From: Patescibacteria group bacterium
GTDB taxonomy: Bacteria > Patescibacteriota > Patescibacteriia > Buchananbacterales > UBA6539
DNA length: 64,000 nucleotides
Direction: 5' to 3'
Assembly (NCBI GenBank): GCA_028688055.1
Contig: JAQTYZ010000001.1
Span: 242,910-306,909, forward strand
Part shown: in pieces, positions 48,859-56,864 of the stretch
How positions within the stretch are numbered: position 1 is the stretch's first letter
Layout of the letters: each line of letters opens with the position of its first letter
Position numbers and translations under genes: made by a program
The notes under the pieces: generated by a model
Database searches by the model: none
What the model was told of the DNA's origin: nothing
The model's input: only the letters and a program-made list of their open reading frames with translations

Positions 48859-50342
48859 TCGATTTAAGAAAAAAAATCGGCCCTTTAGAAATAATGATAT
48901 TTATTTCCGGTGCTGTAATCATGATCTTAGAACTAATTGGCTCACGTATTCTAGCGCCGTACCTGGGGACTTCCATCTTTGTTTGGTCGTCTTTAATTGG
49001 TGTCATCTTGGGCGCTTTAAGTCTTGGCTATTATCTTGGTGGTCGTTTATCGGTCGCCAAAGCAGATCTGAAGACTTTAGCATTAATACTGTTTATTGCT
49101 GGAGTATCAATTGCTTTCATCGGGATATTCAAAGACACCATTCTCTATCAGTCAGCTAAACTGGGAGTTAAGCTTGGATCAGTTGTTGCGACAATTTTAT
49201 TATTTTCAACTACCAGTGTCATCTTAGGAATGGTCTCCCCATATGCAATTAAACTAAAAGTTAAGGATTTGCAAAATTCGGGCAATGTCGCCGGCCGGCT
49301 TTATGCCCTATCGACACTTGGCAGTATCTTTGGCACGTTCACGGCTGGTTTTTTACTGATACCTAATTTTGGCAGTACCAATATAGTTTACGGCCTAAGT
49401 ATAATTTTGATTTTGACTTCGCTGCTTGGTGGGATTAATACTTTTAAAATTTTATTATTATTTTTAATTTCATCCATTTGGCTAAACACTTTTATCCTTC
49501 CGAGTAAATTTAAATATGAAACTGATTCGGCTTACAGCCATATTAAAGTTGAGGATGTTATGACAAAAGACGGCCAGCCAGCCAGACTGCTTATTCTGGC
49601 GACTGAAGTAAATTCAATAATATATTTGGACAGTGATAAACTTTTAACCGATTATGTTAAATATTACCGTTTGGACACGTTATTTAATCCAGGTATAAAA
49701 AATAGTTTAACTTTAGGCGGGGGAGCTTACACCTCGCCTCAAGATTATCAAAGGCGATTTCCCGACAATAATATGGATGTGGTTGAAATCGACCCTAAAG
49801 TAACCCAAACGGCCAGAACCTATTTTGGCCTTAAGGATAATCCAAAATTAAATATTATTCACGAAGACGGCAGAATTTTTTTGAACAATAACACTAAAAA
49901 ATATGATTCAATCTACGGCGACGCATTTTCGTCTTATTATTCCATCCCATTTCAATTAACAACGAGCGAGGCCATAAAAAAAATCTACGATTCCTTAAAT
50001 GAAGACGGTTTATACGCGTTGAATTTTATTGGGGCAATTTCTGGGTCAAAGTCAATTTTTTTTCAAGCCGAAATAAAAACCCTAGCTAAATTTTTCCCGC
50101 AGCTTTATATCTTTCCAAACATTGATCAAAATTTAAATTCAACCTTGGTTCAAAATATTGTCATTTTCGCCTCAAAAAAAACAACCCGAATAGCTAAAGG
50201 CGAATTAGTCGCAACGGCGACTCCGGAACTCAAAAGTTTAGCCAATAATTTAACTGCCATAAATATCAATACCAACTCTATAACCTTGTCTGATAACTAT
50301 GCACCAGTTGATAATTATGTCGCTAGCTATTTAAGTAATTAA
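48855..50342 (+). CDS. Fused membrane domain / spermidine-synthase-like SAM-binding protein
   Basis: MILELIGSRILAPYLGTS, GRLYALSTLGSIFG, LGGGAY, VEIDP, EDGR, DAFS, SDNYAP. Confidence 0.88.
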   Translation: MIDLRKKIGPLEIMIFISGAVIMILELIGSRILAPYLGTSIFVWSSLIGVILGALSLGYYLGGRLSVAKADLKTLALILFIAGVSIAFIGIFKDTILYQSAKLGVKLGSVVATILLFSTTSVILGMVSPYAIKLKVKDLQNSGNVAGRLYALSTLGSIFGTFTAGFLLIPNFGSTNIVYGLSIILILTSLLGGINTFKILLLFLISSIWLNTFILPSKFKYETDSAYSHIKVEDVMTKDGQPARLLILATEVNSIIYLDSDKLLTDYVKYYRLDTLFNPGIKNSLTLGGGAYTSPQDYQRRFPDNNMDVVEIDPKVTQTARTYFGLKDNPKLNIIHEDGRIFLNNNTKKYDSIYGDAFSSYYSIPFQLTTSEAIKKIYDSLNEDGLYALNFIGAISGSKSIFFQAEIKTLAKFFPQLYIFPNIDQNLNSTLVQNIVIFASKKTTRIAKGELVATATPELKSLANNLTAININTNSITLSDNYAPVDNYVASYLSN

Positions 50343-50451
50343 TTTTGGCAACAACTAGCAGCAAAAGGTTAGTATTTGTCGTCTTTTTATATCCTTGACT
50401 TTTTCCCTAAATAAATATAAACTATAAGGGTTAATAATTAAGATTTTTCTT

Positions 50452-50760
50452 ATGTCTTTGGCAGTAATCAAAACTGGCGGTAAGCAATATCTCGTGAAAG
50501 AAGGGGATAAAATTAGTGTGGAAAAACTTAAGGGCGAGGCTGGCGATGCTATTTCTTTTGATACACTTTTAATTACCGATGATATTGGTGCTAAAATCGA
50601 AGTCGGCCAACCATTATTAAAAACCAAAGTTGAAGGCAAAATTGTGAAGCAGGCCGTTGGTGATAAAATTACCGTTGTAAAATATAAGGCAAAAACTAGA
50701 TATAATAAATTTGTTGGTCATCGACAACTCAGCACAACCGTTGAAATAGTCAAAATTTAA
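50452..50760 (+). CDS. rplU: 50S ribosomal protein L21
   Basis: AVIKTGGKQYLV, KYKAK, GHRQ. Confidence 0.97.
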   Translation: MSLAVIKTGGKQYLVKEGDKISVEKLKGEAGDAISFDTLLITDDIGAKIEVGQPLLKTKVEGKIVKQAVGDKITVVKYKAKTRYNKFVGHRQLSTTVEIVKI

Positions 50761-50775
50761 AATACTCAATTTAAG

Positions 50776-50808
50776 AAAACGCCTCGGATCAATAATCCGA
50801 GGCGTTTT
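50776..50808. terminator. Bidirectional terminator between rplU and recR
   Basis: AAAACGCCTCGGAT-CAATA-ATCCGAGGCGTTTT. Confidence 0.85.
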
Positions 50809-50847
50809 TAGTTAGATTTTGACATCAATAACTTGTATTTTACTAAG

Positions 50848-51450
50848 CTAAAGTTCCCGACGACCCCTTAAGGCATTACTTAAGGTTACCTGATCAACAT
50901 ATTCCAAGTCGCTGCCAATCGGCAGACCTTGAGCCAAGCGGGTGATTTTAACGTCTTTAAACTGTTTAAGAAGTTTTGTTAAATATAATATGGTCGTCTC
51001 GCCGGACATATCGGAGTTTAAAGCTAAAATAATTTCGGTGACACGATCAAGCTTTATCCGGTTTACCAGTTCTCTTATTTTTAAATCTTCAGGAGTAATG
51101 CCTTCAATCGGATCAATAACACCACCTAAGACATGATAAACCCCAACGTATTCGCTGGTTTTTTCTAAGGCAAACAAATCTTGGGGTTTAGCTACAATAC
51201 AAATAAGCTGGCGATCGCGTCGTTTATCTGAACAAATTAAACACGGATCATTCTCAGTAAAGTTTAAACAACTACGGCAGACCGTAATTTTGTCTCGTAA
51301 ATGTTCAAGCGCCATTCCAAACCTCGCTAAGTCTTCCTTCGGCTGCTTTAATAAAAAAAAGACTAACCGCTCAGCGGTCTTTGGCCCGATGCCAGGCAGT
51401 CTCGAAAATTGATCAAGTAAATTTTTTATTGAATCCGGATAATAAGCCAT
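50848..51450 (-). CDS. recR: Recombination mediator RecR
   Basis: LPGIGPKTAERL, C4 zinc finger, YHVLGG, TRLAQGLPIG. Confidence 0.97.
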   Translation of the reverse strand: MAYYPDSIKNLLDQFSRLPGIGPKTAERLVFFLLKQPKEDLARFGMALEHLRDKITVCRSCLNFTENDPCLICSDKRRDRQLICIVAKPQDLFALEKTSEYVGVYHVLGGVIDPIEGITPEDLKIRELVNRIKLDRVTEIILALNSDMSGETTILYLTKLLKQFKDVKITRLAQGLPIGSDLEYVDQVTLSNALRGRREL

Positions 51451-51702
51451 TTAGCGATGAAGATTAGTCGTATACACCAAAGTAATGGCCCCGACCCAGA
51501 TCGGGGCTAAAACCGGCAAAATTACGTCAATTTTGACCCCGACAAAATGGAGTACTACGCCAATTACCAGCGCTACTAAAGTGGCAATTAACAACGCAGC
51601 CAATATTACTTTTATTTTGTGATTATTACCGGAAGGCAATTGATGATCGGGGCCGATTGGCTTTGGATGTTCTAAATGTGGTGGTAGGGGTGGATGAGGC
51701 AT
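51451..51702 (-). CDS. Small Pro/His-rich two-TM hypothetical protein
   Basis: MPHPPLPPHLEHPKP followed by two hydrophobic helices; ATG 1 nt after the dnaB stop, stop abuts the recR start. Confidence 0.65.
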   Translation of the reverse strand: MPHPPLPPHLEHPKPIGPDHQLPSGNNHKIKVILAALLIATLVALVIGVVLHFVGVKIDVILPVLAPIWVGAITLVYTTNLHR

Positions 51703-51703
51703 A

Positions 51704-53083
51704 TTAAAATGATATTTCTTCCGACGCAAATTTTTGATCAATGTTTTTAAAGGTTACATTTTTTTCGTCAAAATATAGTTTAACTTTACCAGTTGGTCCA
51801 TTGCGATGCTTGGCAATGATAATTTCGGCAATATTTTGTTTTTCATTAGGTAAATCCTGCTGGTACAACTTTTCTCGGTAGATAAATAATACTACATCAG
51901 CGTCTTGTTCAATTGATCCGGATTCGCGCAGATCGGCTAAACGGGGGACATGACTATCTCGAGATTCAACGGAACGAGAGAGTTGAGACAAGGCTAAAAC
52001 CGGCACATTTAACTCTCGGGCAATGGCCTTTAAATTTCGCGAAATCTCAGAAACCTCCTGAACACGATTTTCTTTAGAGCCACGGCCTTCCATTAATTGT
52101 AAATAATCAATCACAATCAAACCAAGTCCGTGTTCGGACTGTAAACGACGAGCTTTGGTTCTAATTTCCATCACATTAGCATTAGCCGAGTCATCAATAA
52201 AAATCTTAGCTTCAGATAGTACCCCCATGGCCCGATTTATTTTAGAAAAGTCGTCATTTTCACCTTGATCCGTTAGCTTGCCAGTTCGCATTTTCCACAA
52301 GTCAACACCGGCCTCGGAACACAGTAGGCGATCAACTAACTGCTCCTTGGACATTTCTAAGCTAAACACACCGACCGATTCTTTACCTTTGACCGCAATA
52401 TTTCTGGCGATATCAAGCGCTAACGTCGTCTTACCAACGGACGGCCGCGCCGCCAAAATTATTAAATCAGATTTTTGTAATCCAGCTAAAATATTGTCTA
52501 AATCTTTGTAATGAGTACGTACTCCCCGTAATTTGCCGGATTCCCGATGTAACTCGTCGATTCTATCAAAGGCTTCGGTTAAAACGTCATTAATAGAAAT
52601 AAAAGTCTTTTTCAAAAACTTTTGGGAAACGCTAAATAATTTTTGTTCCGCTTCATCTAAAAGGGTATCCACACTTTCTGTCTCGCGATAGCCCAGTTCG
52701 GTAATATCAGACGCCGCTGACAGCAAACGTCTTAAAGTCGCCTTATTCTGAACAACATTAGCATAGTGTACAACGTGGCTTGAGGTCGGCACCGAATTAG
52801 CCAAACCAGCTAGATAGGTGCGACCGCCAACCGTTTCAAGCTGACCTCGTTCTTCAAGTCGACTGCCTAAACTCAATAGGTCGATCGGCTCACGTTTTTC
52901 GTATAGCTCCCTAATAGCTTGGTAAATCAACCGGTGTCCATCCTTATAAAAATCATCAGGTGAGATGATATCGGCAATTTTAATAATGGCGTCGCGATCA
53001 ATCATAATTGAACCGAGCAAGGATTGTTCCATCTCAAGATTCTGTGGTGGTATTTTATCGTAATTATCGCTATTTTTAGCCAT
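51704..53083 (-). CDS. dnaB: Replicative DNA helicase
   Basis: PPQNLEMEQ, AARPSVGKT, FSLEMS, IDYLQL, LSQLSR, DLRESGSIEQDAD, KHRNGP. Confidence 0.98.
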   Translation of the reverse strand: MAKNSDNYDKIPPQNLEMEQSLLGSIMIDRDAIIKIADIISPDDFYKDGHRLIYQAIRELYEKREPIDLLSLGSRLEERGQLETVGGRTYLAGLANSVPTSSHVVHYANVVQNKATLRRLLSAASDITELGYRETESVDTLLDEAEQKLFSVSQKFLKKTFISINDVLTEAFDRIDELHRESGKLRGVRTHYKDLDNILAGLQKSDLIILAARPSVGKTTLALDIARNIAVKGKESVGVFSLEMSKEQLVDRLLCSEAGVDLWKMRTGKLTDQGENDDFSKINRAMGVLSEAKIFIDDSANANVMEIRTKARRLQSEHGLGLIVIDYLQLMEGRGSKENRVQEVSEISRNLKAIARELNVPVLALSQLSRSVESRDSHVPRLADLRESGSIEQDADVVLFIYREKLYQQDLPNEKQNIAEIIIAKHRNGPTGKVKLYFDEKNVTFKNIDQKFASEEISF

Positions 53084-53250
53084 TTCTCTAAAATCTTTGT
53101 TATTAGTAGCTACTTTATACTACTACAGGCGAGTACATTTATTCAAGCCAATCTCATTAACATATTATCCACTAACTTTCACCCTGGACTTGATTTTTTG
53201 TAAAATATTTGATATTATCCTATAGTAAAATTAAAAGCCAAACATTTTAT

Positions 53251-53306
53251 GGGACGTTAGCTCAGCGCGCTAGATCCGCCAGCTGGCGGACTTTTAAGCA
53301 AATGGT
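53251..53306 (+). pseudogene. Degenerate 5' copy of tRNA-Lys carrying a 16-bp palindrome
   Basis: GGGACGTTAGCTCAGC and CTTTTAAGCAAATGGT are identical to the tRNA at 53568; TCCGCCAGCTGGCGGA (53275-53290) replaces GCAATTGC; T-arm and 3' acceptor strand absent. Confidence 0.88.
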
Positions 53307-53307
53307 T

Positions 53308-53577
53308 ATGATGACTTATGTCGTATATGTCTTAAAGTCTGAATCAACTGGAAAAATATACATTGGACAAACAAATAATATTGATGATAGATTAAAAAGA
53401 CATAATAGTTTACTATCTAATAAAAAATCTTCATACACATCTAAAAATAGAGGAACATGGACTTTAATTTATTCCGAAACATGTCAAAGTAGACAACTGG
53501 CGATCCAAAGGGAAAAACAGCTAAAAAGTTACCAAGGACGACAATTTATCAAAAATTTACAAAACATGGGACGTTAG
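53308..53577 (+). CDS. Small stand-alone GIY-YIG nuclease
   Basis: YVVYVL...IYIGQT..IDDRLKRHN...W.LIYSE...AIQREKQLK; start at 53302, 53308 or 53311; stop TAG lies inside tRNA-Lys. Confidence 0.92.
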   Translation: MMTYVVYVLKSESTGKIYIGQTNNIDDRLKRHNSLLSNKKSSYTSKNRGTWTLIYSETCQSRQLAIQREKQLKSYQGRQFIKNLQNMGR

Positions 53578-53643
53578 CTCAGCTGGTAGAGCAATTGCCT
53601 TTTAAGCAAATGGTCGGGGGTTCGAATCCCTCACGTCCCACCA
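53568..53643 (+). tRNA. tRNA-Lys (anticodon TTT), CCA encoded
   Basis: Acceptor GGGACGT/ACGTCCC, D-arm GCTC/GAGC, loop CTTTTAA, GGTTCGAATCC, ACCA. Confidence 0.96.
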
Positions 53644-53690
53644 AAAATCCGTCTGTAATTTCCGGCGGTTTTTTGATATAATCAAGAAGT

Positions 53691-54620
53691 ATGATTAATA
53701 GTCTATTTATTTTTGTTTTGTCATTATTTTTGATTATCAAGGGTGCGACCCTGGCAACAAAATATTCGGCCAAACTAGCAAAAAATTTCCATCTGTCAAA
53801 ACATCTTATTGGCTTTATTGTGGTCGCTTTCATTTCAATTTTGCCCGAGGCGCTCATATCAATAAATTCAGCGATTGAAGGAGTCCCCGAGCTTGGGCTT
53901 GGAACTCTATTTGGATCAAATGTTGCCGACCTAACTCTAATTTTTTCTATTTTAATAATATATGCTGGCCGCGGTATAAAAATCGAAAGCAAAATATTAA
54001 AAAGTGTCCGTCTCTACCCATTTTTTCTTTTTTTGCCACTAATTTTTGGACTAAATGGCCATTATTCCCGCGTTGAAGGCATGGCTCTTATCATCTCTGG
54101 AGCGCTTTTTTACTACTTAGTTTTTAAAAATGGCTTGGGATCACCGGCCGACTTACGTAGCGAAGATGACAAATACAAAAATTCATTTTTTCTGCTTTTT
54201 GCTATGATTATCCTGCTAATCGGCTCACATTTTTTGGTGACTTCGGCAACCACCTTGGCCCACCTTCTAAAAGTTACTCCGATCCTTATTGGCATGCTTA
54301 TTGTCGGCCTAGGAACAACAATGCCTGAATTATTCTATTCTCTCAAATCAATAAAGAACAAGGATGACGGACTGGCGACTGGTGATATTTTAGGGACGGT
54401 TTTGGCTGACGCCACAATCCTGGTCGGTATCTTGGCTTTTATTAGTCCTTTTTCTTTCCCAATAAAAATAATTTACATTACGGCCGTATTTATGCTAATG
54501 GCTTCACTTATATTGTTGAAATTCATGCATTCAGGAAAAGTAATCTCAAAAAAAGAAGGCTATATACTTTTGGCCTTTTGGGTAACTTACATTTTAGTGG
54601 AATTTATAGCAAATATTTAA
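53691..54620 (+). CDS. Sodium:calcium antiporter (CaCA, YrbG-like)
   Basis: Two alpha repeats: SILPEA...GTLFGSNV and GTTMPEL...GDILGTV. Confidence 0.9.
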   Translation: MINSLFIFVLSLFLIIKGATLATKYSAKLAKNFHLSKHLIGFIVVAFISILPEALISINSAIEGVPELGLGTLFGSNVADLTLIFSILIIYAGRGIKIESKILKSVRLYPFFLFLPLIFGLNGHYSRVEGMALIISGALFYYLVFKNGLGSPADLRSEDDKYKNSFFLLFAMIILLIGSHFLVTSATTLAHLLKVTPILIGMLIVGLGTTMPELFYSLKSIKNKDDGLATGDILGTVLADATILVGILAFISPFSFPIKIIYITAVFMLMASLILLKFMHSGKVISKKEGYILLAFWVTYILVEFIANI

Positions 54621-54698
54621 AAAATCTAATTCCAACAATTGGCTAATATCATAAATTTGATTTCACCTATCAGTTGGTTCAAAAGAGTCCGAACTTCC

Positions 54699-54719
54699 TC
54701 CCTCATGTCCCACCAAAAA
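54699..54719 (+). repeat. Direct repeat of the tRNA-Lys 3' end (att-like)
   Basis: TCCCTCATGTCCCACCAAAAA versus TCCCTCACGTCCCACCAAAAA at 53627-53647: 20/21 identical. Confidence 0.85.
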
Positions 54720-54840
54720 AATGCCTCAATTAGAAGGTGTTTTTTGTTATATATAAAAAGGGCTATTGTATTTTGTCGCAATAATATTGTCGGTGTATAC
54801 ATAATGGTATATAATGAAACCGCTTATTTCTATTAAAATT

Positions 54841-56136
54841 ATGGATCAAAAAAAGTTTCTGTTTGTGTCTTACGATGCGCTGATCAGCGATATCGCTTGG
54901 CATGTTATTAAGGAAGGTCATCAAGCAAAATACTTTATCGAAAATAAAGATGAAAAAGAAATTGCCGACGGCTTTGTCGAAAAAACTGATAATTGGGAAA
55001 ATGAGGTTAACTGGGCTGATGTCATCGTTTTTGATGATGTATTAGGAATGGGTAAACTGGCGCAAAAAATGCGGGAAAAAGGAAAGTTAGTTGTCGGCGG
55101 AACCTCATATACGGATATGCTTGAAGATGACCGATCATTTGGTCAGGAAGAATTGAAAAAACTTGGCATCCCGATTATCCCTTATCAAACATTTGAAGCA
55201 TTTGATGATGCCATCAAATTTGTTGAGTCAAATCCGGCTAAGTATGTTATTAAACCAAGCGGCGAAGCCCAAAATGTCAAATTATATCTTTTTGTCGGCG
55301 AAGAAGATGATGGCAAAGATGTCATTCAGGTCCTGGAGGCCTATAAAAAAATCCTTGAAAAAAAACCGATGGTTTTCCAGTTACAACGAAGAGTTACGGG
55401 AGTTGAAGTGGCCGTCGGTGCCTTTTTTAACGGCCATGAGTTCGTTTATCCGATTAATGTTAATTTTGAGCACAAAAAACTTTTCCCCGGAAATATTGGG
55501 CCATCAACCGGCGAGATGGGCACCAGTATGTTTTGGAGCATGCCGACCAAGATGTTTAATGCTACTCTAAAAAAAATGGAACCAAAACTTGCTGAAGAAC
55601 ATTACGTCGGTTACATTGACTTAAATTGTATCGTTAACGGCTATGGCATTTATCCGCTTGAATTCACGGCCCGCTTCGGTTATCCGACCATTAGTATTCA
55701 ACAAGAGGGGATTCAAATGCCAATCAGCGAATTTCTTTACGGGTTGGCGACTGGCGAACTAAAAAAATTCAAGGCCAAGAGCGGTTTTCAAATTGGCGTC
55801 CGGATTGTGACGCCACCGTTTCCGTATGGGGGTGATGCCAAGATTCTTGGCAAACATTCGCGCAATGCGGCCGTGATTTTCAAAAAACCAAATCTCGAAG
55901 GTGTCCACATTGAAGACGTTAAGTTGGTTGACGGTCAATGGGTTTTAACTGGCACTTCCGGCGTCGCCCTAATTGTCGTCGGCAGCGGGGCAACTATGAA
56001 ACAAGCACATAATCAAGTCTATAACCGAATCAGCAATATCCTAATTCCTGACATGTACTATCGAACCGATATCGGCTATCGCTGGTTTGAGGACAGTGAT
56101 AAATTGCATAATTGGGGATATTTAAGAGAGGCTTAA
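54841..56136 (+). CDS. PurD-like ATP-grasp ligase (divergent)
   Basis: YVIKPSG, GVEVA, EHKKLFPGNIGPSTGEMG, LEFTARFGYP, MYYRTDIG; lacks the canonical N-terminal GSGGREH. Confidence 0.8.
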   Translation: MDQKKFLFVSYDALISDIAWHVIKEGHQAKYFIENKDEKEIADGFVEKTDNWENEVNWADVIVFDDVLGMGKLAQKMREKGKLVVGGTSYTDMLEDDRSFGQEELKKLGIPIIPYQTFEAFDDAIKFVESNPAKYVIKPSGEAQNVKLYLFVGEEDDGKDVIQVLEAYKKILEKKPMVFQLQRRVTGVEVAVGAFFNGHEFVYPINVNFEHKKLFPGNIGPSTGEMGTSMFWSMPTKMFNATLKKMEPKLAEEHYVGYIDLNCIVNGYGIYPLEFTARFGYPTISIQQEGIQMPISEFLYGLATGELKKFKAKSGFQIGVRIVTPPFPYGGDAKILGKHSRNAAVIFKKPNLEGVHIEDVKLVDGQWVLTGTSGVALIVVGSGATMKQAHNQVYNRISNILIPDMYYRTDIGYRWFEDSDKLHNWGYLREA

Positions 56137-56182
56137 TATAATAGAATATTGGTCGGATATTAAATTGGGCTAAGGTGAGACC

Positions 56183-56211
56183 AAAAAAATCGCACTAATT
56201 GCGATTTTTTT
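56183..56211 (+). terminator. Intrinsic terminator
   Basis: AAAAAAATCGCA-CTAAT-TGCGATTTTTTT. Confidence 0.65.
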
Positions 56212-56225
56212 GTTATAATAAAAAT

Positions 56226-56864
56226 ATGTGGCTAAATAAAAGCATCCTATTTCTTAGTGCACCATTAACCATCCTATTTATCGTTTTTTATTTAATCATC
56301 TTAAATCCCATTTTTTACAATTTTAAACTCTCTAATGACAATTTTTTCGCCATTCACCCTCTTAATAAGAGGGAAATAATTAATAATATTTTTGGCTATC
56401 TTAACAATCAAGAAAATATTACCAGTAACTATTTTTCTCAAACGGAACTACACCATTTATCAGACCTAAAAAAACTTGGACAAAGGCTAAGTATTATTAC
56501 TATTGGTTTTTTCATCACCACGGTAGTTTCTTTTTTAACAATTTATACCAAACGAGGCAAAATGAAGTACCCGCTAATAATTATGGCTAAATCGCTATTT
56601 TTTTTCGGATTACTTATGCTATTGTGCCTATTATTGGTAAGCCGTAATTTTGAGTTCTTTTTTTTAACTTTCCATAAATTTAGCTTCAGCAATAATTATT
56701 GGCAACTTGACCCTAATGTTGATGTGCTAATAAATGTTTTTCCACCAAAAATTTTTTACCAGCTAATTACCAACATTTTTATTACCGTAATCCTAATTGA
56801 TTTTATAGGCAGCTCGCTAGCTTACTGGCTTTATAAAAAACAAAACCTAAATGAAAAAAAATAA
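56226..56864 (+). CDS. DUF1461/TIGR01906-like integral membrane protein
   Basis: ELHHLSDLK, FFLTFHKFSFSNNYWQLDP...LINVFP; ATG at 56226 is 6 nt after TATAAT. Confidence 0.8.
   Translation: MWLNKSILFLSAPLTILFIVFYLIILNPIFYNFKLSNDNFFAIHPLNKREIINNIFGYLNNQENITSNYFSQTELHHLSDLKKLGQRLSIITIGFFITTVVSFLTIYTKRGKMKYPLIIMAKSLFFFGLLMLLCLLLVSRNFEFFFLTFHKFSFSNNYWQLDPNVDVLINVFPPKIFYQLITNIFITVILIDFIGSSLAYWLYKKQNLNEKK

Noticed and set aside
53165-53173. DnaA-box-like TTATCCACT upstream of dnaB / possible oriC
   Set aside because: One imperfect box only; no cluster, no dnaA nearby.
53209-53301. N-terminal extension of the GIY-YIG ORF given in the ORF track (122 aa)
   Set aside because: It reads through the promoter region and pseudo-tRNA from a TTG; the GIY-YIG domain begins at the ATGs at 53302-53311.
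53251-53643. Group I intron or split-tRNA interpretation of the tRNA-Lys/GIY-YIG locus
   Set aside because: The downstream tRNA is complete by itself, and the interval is filled by the ORF with no room for a ribozyme core.
54639-54836. 65-aa ORF spanning the att-like repeat
   Set aside because: TTG start, crosses the repeat, a terminator-like hairpin and the next promoter; no recognisable domain, though a recombinase C-terminal remnant cannot be excluded.
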